Shown: positions 25,681 through 32,000 of the stretch, piece after piece
How the letters are laid out: every line of letters begins with the position of its first letter
Numbering within the stretch: position 1 is the first letter of the stretch
Assembly: GCA_016215465.1 (NCBI GenBank)
Contig: JACRJT010000052.1
Location: 52,113 to 84,112, forward strand
Direction: 5' to 3'
From: Nitrososphaerota archaeon
GTDB lineage: Archaea; Thermoproteota; Nitrososphaeria; Nitrososphaerales; Nitrosopumilaceae
DNA: 32,000 bases
Notes under the pieces: generated by a model
Databases searched by the model: none
Told to the model about the DNA's origin: nothing
The model's input: the letters and a program-made list of their open reading frames with translations, nothing else
Program-made: the position numbers and the translations under genes

Positions 25681-26031
25681 ATGACTGATTTTATTCACGA
25701 GCCCTACAAAGCCATCCATGTTCGAGATGTGATAAAAATGAGTCTCGATGATCTGGTCAACATGATATCAACAATTGAATTTGCTAATGTGTATTGGGTC
25801 GATGGTGTGCTTTTTGTAAGCTTTGCGATGAATGAATCAGAGGAATTAGCAAAAAAAGAGATTCAAGGTGAGACATATCTGGACAAGATCATATTTACAA
25901 AATATGATAGATACACCAAGACGGCAAAATTGTCCACCAACGTTGAAATCAACATCATAAACGTACAAAAAAGTTATCTTTATCGAGATTTGGCATCATG
26001 GTTGAAAAAACAACCCATATGGAATGAGTAA
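25681..26031 (+). CDS. hypothetical protein (116 aa)
   Basis: ATG ORF with no recognised family. Confidence 0.5.
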   Translation: MTDFIHEPYKAIHVRDVIKMSLDDLVNMISTIEFANVYWVDGVLFVSFAMNESEELAKKEIQGETYLDKIIFTKYDRYTKTAKLSTNVEINIINVQKSYLYRDLASWLKKQPIWNE

Positions 26032-26078
26032 TTCATTCTGGGTTCTAAACTCTTTTTGTTTTTCAGAAAAATAAAATG

Positions 26079-26135
26079 ACCGTAGCCTTTGAGAAATTTT
26101 ACATTGTAATGGTTTTGTTTTCCTTTTAATGTCAA
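26079..26135 (-). pseudogene. copy A of the MTLKGK-NHYNVK-LKGYG 5' gene segment (TTG start; only about 19 codons conserved)
   Basis: 26086-26135 matches 29841-29890 at 42 of 50 nt (hand alignment). It translates as (M)TLKGKQNHYNVKFLKGYG, then diverges and runs antisense into the 3' end of 25681..26031 (open to 25980). Confidence 0.5.
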
Positions 26136-26138
26136 AAC

Positions 26139-26798
26139 CTAACAACCAAATTTTTTAGCCCAATCTTCTTTACCAAACTCACTCTTTGAGCAATATTTTT
26201 TCATGATTGAGGCGTGATTTTTGTACAAAAGTTCCGCATTGAGGTTTTTATCAGAACAGTATACTTTCCCCACCAGTCTTTTGAAACTGTCAAAGGGTTG
26301 TTTGTCATCTTGATCTACAATCACAACAGAATCCTTTGGGCACATGGTTTTTGTAAATTTAGTAGCTTCTGCGTATCCTTTTTGGTCTTTTTCAGGAGTA
26401 TTCGTTAGTGATAAACGGACTTTGTAACTATCTATGTATAGAGTATCACCATCAACTACTGACTTGACTTTTCCTTGAATGCACATTGTATTTCCAATAC
26501 ATAATGCAGGACTTGTTTTTTGATGCAGGACTTGTTTTTTGAGAATTATTGGTTCTGTCTTTTGTTGTCTTGATTGAGAATCTTTAGAATATGATATTGG
26601 TTCTCCGGCCTTACAATATTTGTTGTCTTGACATTCGGAACAATATCCTTTATCTCCGCACTCATAGCTTCCAGTATCAGATTGACAGCTGTGTTTACTA
26701 TGGCATCCATCTCTGTGCGCAAATACAAAATTTGTTGTAGATAAGAGCAGAATTGAAATTAAAAATAATGCAAGATATTTCATGACATCATAACTCAA
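26139..26798 (-). CDS. secreted staphylococcal-nuclease (SNase/thermonuclease) family protein with Cys/His-rich N-terminal region
   Basis: 219 aa. Has a signal peptide, then HRDGCHSKHSCQSDTGSYECGDKGYCSECQDNKYC, then the SNase core VVDGDTLYID..VRLSLTNTPE...FKRLVGKVY. Confidence 0.8.
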   Translation of the reverse strand: MSYDVMKYLALFLISILLLSTTNFVFAHRDGCHSKHSCQSDTGSYECGDKGYCSECQDNKYCKAGEPISYSKDSQSRQQKTEPIILKKQVLHQKTSPALCIGNTMCIQGKVKSVVDGDTLYIDSYKVRLSLTNTPEKDQKGYAEATKFTKTMCPKDSVVIVDQDDKQPFDSFKRLVGKVYCSDKNLNAELLYKNHASIMKKYCSKSEFGKEDWAKKFGC

Positions 26799-27015
26799 GT
26801 ATTGATTTTAAAGACTTGCCAACAAATCCTAACCAACGTATTAACGTGAAAAACAGTGATTTTTGTTCTCAAAAAGAGTGATTGCATTTTTAAGATATAA
26901 GAGTAAGAGGGGAACCCCCCACCACGAACAGAATTGTGAGTCCATCCACAAGTTAACTGAGAAGAAGTTGATTTGTTGGAACTTCTTTTTGTAGTAAATA
27001 TAATCAGATTTCGGT

Positions 27016-27110
27016 ATGACGTTGAAGGGAAAACAACCACCACAAGGTTAAATTCCTAAGTGGGTATGGCTTTCAATCAAGGTAAAAGATTCAAAAATTG
27101 TTTTGAAAAA
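27016..27110 (+). pseudogene. copy C of the same 5' gene segment, inverted, with a frameshift and in-frame stops
   Basis: ATG ACG TTG AAG GGA AAA CAA, then a 2-nt gap relative to copies A and B. The corrected reading is MTLKGKQ/NHHKVKFLSGYGFQSR*KIQKLF*. The 3' boundary is approximate. Confidence 0.5.
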
Positions 27111-27165
27111 CTGTAAATTTAATTTTGATTCAAATTGTTTGTTCGTTTAAAACAAACAAAGTATC

Positions 27166-27618
27166 TTGAATAGATCATATTCATATCATCATATGATAGA
27201 TAAAACTAACGATAATATTCAACTTCACACAGCAAAGGAAATTTGTGAACAGATTCTTTATTCTCATTCAAAGATACGATCGACATCAATATGTGAGGAT
27301 AATGGAGTGATCATTTGTTCAGAGGAAAAAATCAACAATGAATCATTACTCTCACGTGAGGAAGGGCATGCATCATTGATTCAAGCAACCGCCAGATTTT
27401 TCAATAGAAAGATTCACGACGATGGATTTGGACAAACCATGTTTAGTTTAACCATGCATGAAAAGATCGCAAGAGTTGCAATTCCATTAACTAGCAAGCA
27501 TGTTATTTTGATGTCGATTGAAAATGATGTAAACCACACTGATCTAATAATGAACGAAATCTACCCAATCATCATTGAAAAAAGATTCAATAACATCATC
27601 TTTTTAAAACAAAACTAA
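27166..27618 (+). CDS. hypothetical protein, paralog of the 14201..14608 product (TTG start listed; first ATG at 27193)
   Basis: 150 aa. See the paralogy note at 14201..14608. Confidence 0.55.
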   Translation: MNRSYSYHHMIDKTNDNIQLHTAKEICEQILYSHSKIRSTSICEDNGVIICSEEKINNESLLSREEGHASLIQATARFFNRKIHDDGFGQTMFSLTMHEKIARVAIPLTSKHVILMSIENDVNHTDLIMNEIYPIIIEKRFNNIIFLKQN

Positions 27619-27734
27619 GCAGAAGCGCTCGTTATCTTTAATCAAATCAGTCTATAATTTCAAATTTGATGTCGGTACACATCATTATCAGAGACAACAC
27701 AAAGTTTTTTGTGATTCTGCCATATCTCCGGCAT

Positions 27735-28385
27735 TTATTCCGATAATTTCATCTTGTAACCATATTTACTCATGATTTCTTGTACTTGAAAATCCTCAAC
27801 CTGGCCAAAATCCCTATAAAATTCCCCAATGGCACCAAAATCGACAGGAACATACAGAACTATGACATCATCTGCAACTTTATTCAGCCTATCAATAGTA
27901 TCTTTTGGCCCTACTGGAACTGCGATAATGAGTTTTTTAGGTTTTTGTTTTTTTACCCAGTAGATAGCCACAAGCATTGTTGCGCCTGTGGCAATTCCAT
28001 CATCGACTAAGACAACCGTCCTTCCTTCAAGGTGGTATTCTTTGCTTCCTCTAAACTTCATCAGTCTGCGGTCTATTTCTTTCATCAGTCTCTTTATTTC
28101 GGAATCAATGTAATTTTGTGGAACGTTTAACATTCTTGTAATGTCTTCATTTGGGAAATAACTTCCATCATGCATCACAGCACCAATTGCAAGTTCCGGA
28201 TTATACGGTGCTACAATTTTTTTTGAAACTACGACATCAAGTTTCACACCAAGTTCAGCAGCTATTACATCACCTGTAACTACACCACCCCTTGGAATGG
28301 CTAAAATTATTGGGTCTTCTTTTTTTAGCCATTCCATTTTTTTTGCTAGCTTGTATGCAGCATCTGTTCTATCCTCGAATATCAT
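27735..28385 (-). CDS. phosphoribosyltransferase-family protein
   Basis: 216 aa. FEDRTDAAYKLA, ILAIPRGGVVTGDVIA and the PRPP loop VVLVDDGIATGATM are present. Confidence 0.85.
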   Translation of the reverse strand: MIFEDRTDAAYKLAKKMEWLKKEDPIILAIPRGGVVTGDVIAAELGVKLDVVVSKKIVAPYNPELAIGAVMHDGSYFPNEDITRMLNVPQNYIDSEIKRLMKEIDRRLMKFRGSKEYHLEGRTVVLVDDGIATGATMLVAIYWVKKQKPKKLIIAVPVGPKDTIDRLNKVADDVIVLYVPVDFGAIGEFYRDFGQVEDFQVQEIMSKYGYKMKLSE

Positions 28386-28392
28386 ATGTTCA

Positions 28393-29289
28393 TTATCCTC
28401 CAGTCCCCTTTTCAGATTTGCCGGTTATTTTCACATTATTTGGCTTAGTAAGATGACTCACAAACCAATTTGCTGCAAATCGCGCAACTTCCTCGAGTGT
28501 TCCAGGTTCCTCAAAGAGATGGGTTGCCCCAGGAATTATTACGAGTTTTTTTTCAATTTTTAGCAATCTCATTGCCTCTTCATTCATTTCTATTACCGGA
28601 ACATCATCTCCGCCAACTATCAGCAGAGTTGGTGCTTTAATATTGGGTAGTGAGGGTCCAGCTAAATCTGGTCGTCCGCCCCTTGAAACAATCGCATTGA
28701 TCGTATCCGGGTGATCGACTGATGCAACTAACGCTGCAGCCGCGCCGGTACTTGCACCAAAGTATCCGATATTGAGATTTTTAGTGTCGGGGTTTTTTAT
28801 TAGCCAGTTAGTGGCACCTGATAATCGTTTTGCCAATAATCCAATATCGAATCTAAGATGTGCGGTATAATCATCGATCTTTTCTTCCTCTTCAGTAAGC
28901 AAATCAATTAACAGCGTGGCAAGACCATTTTTTTGAAGAATTTGAGCAACGTATTTGTTCCTAGGACTGTGTCTACTGCTTCCACTACCATGGGCAAACA
29001 ATACAATTCCCTGGGCATCTTTAGGTATTGCCAGATCCCCATGTAGCTTAACAGAATCGGCCGAAACTAATATAGTGCGTACTTCGGTATTAGGTCCGTG
29101 TTTTTTACTTGTTTGTGCGAATCCAAGAATTCCATCTAAGATCATGGAATGATCTTCCTGCTTACAACATGTGCATTTTATCTTCAGACAACTTCTTGCT
29201 AGGTCGTGATTACATTCCTGACAGGTACATACGGTGTCCCGGGATATCTCATCAGGTGTTTTGTTGCTCGGTTTTACTGGTTTGGTCAA
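28393..29289 (-). CDS. dienelactone hydrolase-family alpha/beta hydrolase with N-terminal Cys-rich extension
   Basis: 298 aa. Has FAHGSGSSRHSPRN, the nucleophile elbow GASTG, GGDD and GATHLFEEPG. The N-terminal extension is CTCQECNHDLARSCLKIKCTCCKQEDH. Confidence 0.85.
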   Translation of the reverse strand: MTKPVKPSNKTPDEISRDTVCTCQECNHDLARSCLKIKCTCCKQEDHSMILDGILGFAQTSKKHGPNTEVRTILVSADSVKLHGDLAIPKDAQGIVLFAHGSGSSRHSPRNKYVAQILQKNGLATLLIDLLTEEEEKIDDYTAHLRFDIGLLAKRLSGATNWLIKNPDTKNLNIGYFGASTGAAAALVASVDHPDTINAIVSRGGRPDLAGPSLPNIKAPTLLIVGGDDVPVIEMNEEAMRLLKIEKKLVIIPGATHLFEEPGTLEEVARFAANWFVSHLTKPNNVKITGKSEKGTGG

Positions 29290-29375
29290 TTTTTCTAATG
29301 TTTTTTAATGTGATTTTGACTATTAGACCCAAGGCAAAATATCAACACTGAAAATCATATTTGACGAATTTTTAA

Positions 29376-29687
29376 TCAATGTGCTTGGATATTGATGATT
29401 TCTACAAGATTCTTGGGATTATGTAGAAAACATACTGATGAAAGTTCCACTGGCGGCACCACATATGGTATGGCGTGCGTAAAAAGTTCCACTGGAAATA
29501 TGGGCATGTTCTGGTATGCATCACATGCTGTCAAAATCAATGATTTCTGCAAGCTCATTACTCTTGATAATTTTTTTTGAGATATTCTTTGGACTCTGCC
29601 TATTTTGCCATTCTCTAATTCCACTTTAATCTCATGGGAGTAAAAATTACTTGAGGTAAGGATTCTCTTGACCGTGCCTTGAATCAA
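29376..29687 (-). pseudogene. ORF that probably continues copy B after a frameshift; N-terminal 35 aa GTVKRILTSSNFYSHEIKVELENGKIGRVQRI
   Basis: It has only a TTG start, which overlaps the stop of 29684..29890. The first 35 aa look domain-like (Cas1 N-terminal-domain-like, or alternatively YwbE-like). The remaining ~65 aa are unrecognisable. Confidence 0.35.
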
Positions 29688-29890
29688 TTCACCCCTACGT
29701 AGCCTTTACCGCTTAGAATAATTTTCTCATAAGGAAGATTTGTGATGAACCATTCTTCTTTTTCCTGTGATTCAGAGAAAGGATTTTTTCCGTTTGTTAG
29801 AACTAGTTTACTGTCTTGCAGTTTTACTGAGAACCCATAACCTTTGAGAAGTTTTACGTTGTAATGATTTTTCTTTCCTTTGAGTGTCAC
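29684..29890 (-). CDS. copy B of the MTLKGK-NHYNVK-LKGYG segment: 68-aa ORF (GTG start), possible truncated Cas1-like N-terminal domain
   Basis: The sequence is MTLKGKKNHYNVKLLKGYGFSVKLQDSKLVLTNGKNPFSESQEKEEWFITNLPYEKIILSGKGYVGVN. The GYG-x-x-h-x-h...L-h-h...GK and h-h-h-x-GK-x-x-h pattern resembles Cas1 N-terminal beta domains. This rests on memory-based pattern matching only. Confidence 0.4.
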   Translation of the reverse strand: MTLKGKKNHYNVKLLKGYGFSVKLQDSKLVLTNGKNPFSESQEKEEWFITNLPYEKIILSGKGYVGVN

Positions 29891-30000
29891 TGTTTCGTAT
29901 TATTGTTGATTATGATCTTAAACAATCTCCAACAAAACATACTTTTGTAAATTCTCTAAACAGCATCTATTTTCCCTCACGAAAGAGGGGCATTCTATTT

Positions 30001-32000
30001 TTACTCTTTATCTATGAACTCGTCAGCTGTTGGAGGCTCTGGACTGAGTCCCTTTCTCTTTCGAATATCTGCAATCAGTGTTGCCTGAATTGATTTTGGA
30101 ATTGGGGACCAGGCCTTAAAGTGAGTGTTCCACATTGCCTTGCCTGCCGTCTGTCCCCTCATAATTTCAGCTAAATCAAATGTCTCAGATGCTGGAACCT
30201 CGCCGGTAACGATGCTCGTCACTCCTTTTTGTTGCATGTCAAGTACCTTGCCTCTTTTTCCAGACAAAACAGATGCAACGTTTCCAATCATGTCCTGTGG
30301 AACCCTGACCTCGATTCCAAGCAGCGGTTCTAGCAGAATAGGACTGGATTTTAGCATAGCACCCATGCATGCACGTCTTGATGCAGGACCTAACTGGGAT
30401 AGGCCTCTGTGCGCAGTGTCCTCGTGAGGTACAAAGTGAGTAAATGTAAATTTGCAGTTTCGCACCTGTTCTTTTGCTAATGGTCCTTCCTTCATCACAT
30501 CCTCAAAGCCAGAAAGAATCGAATCAGATGACTCTTGGATAAACTGGACACCTTTTGTTCCGTTAATCATCACGTTTCCGCGGGAATCAAATCTCATTAT
30601 ATTTTTAGAAACATCAGAATCCCAGCCCTTTGAACGCAGGATGGCAGCTACTTCCTTTTTGTCCTTCATTTCTGACAGCTGGCCGCTTCGTATCATGTCT
30701 GCAATTTCTGGCTCTAGAGGTTCCACTCTCATGAAAATCTTGTTGTGTCTGTTTGGAGACTTTGCCATGACGGCGTCGGTTCCACTCAGTATTGTTTCCC
30801 TATAGTTAATCAAAGGCTGCGATGTCACCACCTGGACTCCAGCATCGGCAATTAGGGATGCCGCAATTTCCAAATGCAAGACACCCATTCCAGCAATTAC
30901 AGTCTCTCCGCTTTCCTCGTTTATTTTAACAACCAGGTTTGGATCCTCTATTGTAATTCTGCGCAATGCCTCGACTAGTTTTGGCAAGTCCTTTGGATGC
31001 TTTGCCTCAACTGCTATCTGAACCACAGGCTCTGACACATACTTGATTCCCTCAAACAATGCGACTTCTTTTGCAGTAGAAAGTGTCTGTCCTGCACGAG
31101 CTTCGGTCAATCCAAGTAAAGCAGGGATGTTTCCTGCGCCAAGCTCACCGACCATCTCTCTCTGGTTTCCCATGAAAAAGTTGACTGACTGGATTTTTCC
31201 CTCCCGTTTAGTGTCAATAAGATTAACAGTTTGTCCATCTCGTAGTGTACCGGCAAACAGTCGTCCGATTGCAACAGGACCTGCTGCAGGATCCATTGCC
31301 ATGTTTACAATCATCATTACTGCAGGACCTGTGTCATCGCAATTCAAAAGCGCTTTACCTATATCGGAATCAAGATCACCTTTCCAAATTTTTGGAATCC
31401 TATATTTTTGTGCAACATGCGGCGGTGGGTGATGCTTTACGACCATTCCCAAGACAGCTTCTGCAAGCGGCGCCTTTTTTGCAAGCTCCTCTACGCTTCC
31501 GCCTTCGGAATATGCAGTGAAAATGTCCTTAAATGAAATTCCTTTCTCCTTCATTATATCGATGTTAAAGCCCCATCTGTCCTTTGCAGAGCCAAACGAT
31601 ACGCTGCCATCTTGGATTGACACCTTCCATTTTTCCTTGTATTCTGGTTCTGCATATGTGTCGATTAATCCGTTAAAAGTGGTAATGATGTTTACGAGCC
31701 ATTCTTGCATTTTTTCGGGAGTGAGTCTTAGCTCTTTTATGAGACGGTCTATCTTGTTGATATACAAAACAGGTCTGACACGTTCTTCCAGTGCTTGTCT
31801 TGTTACGGTTTCAGTCTGAGTCATGATTCCCTCTACTGAATCAGACACCACCACTGCACCGTCGATTGCCCTAAGGCTTCGAGTTACCCTACCTGTAAAG
31901 TCAATGTGTCCTGGAGTATCAATCATGTTTATGACATACTCCTGTCCAGCCTTTTCGTAAAGCAAAGTAACGTTTGCCTGAACAATAGTCATCTGTCTGT
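30001..32000 (-). CDS. fusA: translation elongation factor aEF-2, N-terminus beyond the window edge
   Basis: The ORF is open to nt 32000 and the G1 motif is missing. DTPGHIDF, NKIDR and the diphthamide-region HEDTAHRG motifs are present. The stop codon is at 30001-30003. Confidence 0.95.
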   Translation of the reverse strand, partial: RQMTIVQANVTLLYEKAGQEYVINMIDTPGHIDFTGRVTRSLRAIDGAVVVSDSVEGIMTQTETVTRQALEERVRPVLYINKIDRLIKELRLTPEKMQEWLVNIITTFNGLIDTYAEPEYKEKWKVSIQDGSVSFGSAKDRWGFNIDIMKEKGISFKDIFTAYSEGGSVEELAKKAPLAEAVLGMVVKHHPPPHVAQKYRIPKIWKGDLDSDIGKALLNCDDTGPAVMMIVNMAMDPAAGPVAIGRLFAGTLRDGQTVNLIDTKREGKIQSVNFFMGNQREMVGELGAGNIPALLGLTEARAGQTLSTAKEVALFEGIKYVSEPVVQIAVEAKHPKDLPKLVEALRRITIEDPNLVVKINEESGETVIAGMGVLHLEIAASLIADAGVQVVTSQPLINYRETILSGTDAVMAKSPNRHNKIFMRVEPLEPEIADMIRSGQLSEMKDKKEVAAILRSKGWDSDVSKNIMRFDSRGNVMINGTKGVQFIQESSDSILSGFEDVMKEGPLAKEQVRNCKFTFTHFVPHEDTAHRGLSQLGPASRRACMGAMLKSSPILLEPLLGIEVRVPQDMIGNVASVLSGKRGKVLDMQQKGVTSIVTGEVPASETFDLAEIMRGQTAGKAMWNTHFKAWSPIPKSIQATLIADIRKRKGLSPEPPTADEFIDKE

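Noticed and set aside
26795-27043. 82-aa minus-strand ORF in the nuclease-upstream region
   Set aside because: It spans the divergent promoter region and runs antisense through copy C of the repeated segment. Its composition is odd and its start sits inside repeat-derived sequence.
29441-29495. 13-nt direct repeat AAAGTTCCACTGG x2 with a 29-nt spacer, considered as a mini CRISPR array or C/D-box sRNA (a CTGATGA lies just upstream)
   Set aside because: There are only two units of 13 nt, far below CRISPR repeat length, and no further copies. No D or D' (CTGA) boxes sit at the required spacing. It is more simply a small duplication inside a decaying ORF (encoding PVEL twice).
26907-29991. Shared 8-mer AAGAGGGG at 26907-26914 and 29984-29991, considered as a target-site duplication for the repeat-bracketed segment
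   Set aside because: The flanking bases do not match at all. One chance 8-mer match between two ~100-nt regions is not surprising. No credible TSD was identified.
1-32000. Search by eye for tRNA, rRNA, CRISPR arrays, IS elements or transposases, and integrases
   Set aside because: I found no cloverleaf-compatible GC-rich ~75-nt segment with a GTTCRAATC-like T-loop, no rRNA-like sequence, no array of 3 or more repeats of 23 nt or longer, and no transposase or integrase-like ORF. Visual scanning can miss divergent tRNAs, so tRNAscan-SE or Infernal should confirm.

Overview
AT-rich archaeal chromosomal segment. Gene content and promoter layout point to a marine ammonia-oxidising thaumarchaeon (Nitrosopumilus-like); this taxon call is inference, not a database hit. 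The supporting signs are archaeal purP, aEF-2, tatAC, and TATA-like boxes about 25-30 nt upstream of most start codons, which suggests leaderless mRNAs. Nt 1-12300 is a tightly packed housekeeping block. It holds a purQ-purL-purF operon followed by a stand-alone RAM-domain gene, purS split off by an antisense CBS-domain gene, tatC and tatA separated by a RelE/ParE toxin-antitoxin pair, ubiX, purP and a DUF151 nuclease. Nt 12300-30000 looks accessory: small, secreted or membrane proteins of unknown function, an orphan PIN-like gene, a 521-aa coiled-coil protein, a 2H phosphoesterase plus cupin pair, msrA, a 1111-aa surface protein with 8 FN3 repeats, a KTSC protein, a secreted SNase-type nuclease, and a phosphoribosyltransferase plus dienelactone-hydrolase pair. 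The window ends in the 3' two-thirds of aEF-2 (minus strand, truncated by the window edge). The most unusual signal lies directly downstream of the aEF-2 stop codon. Three decayed copies of the same 5' gene segment (MTLKGK-NHYNVK-LKGYG) occur in direct and inverted orientation at 26.1, 27.0 and 29.9 kb. One copy runs through a frameshift into the next ORF. I read this as a possible relic of a Cas1-type (casposon-like) element or an integration hotspot, but the homology assignment is tentative. I found no tRNA, rRNA, CRISPR array, intact transposase or integrase. Coordinates of sub-threshold ORFs and repeats were derived by hand from the sequence.
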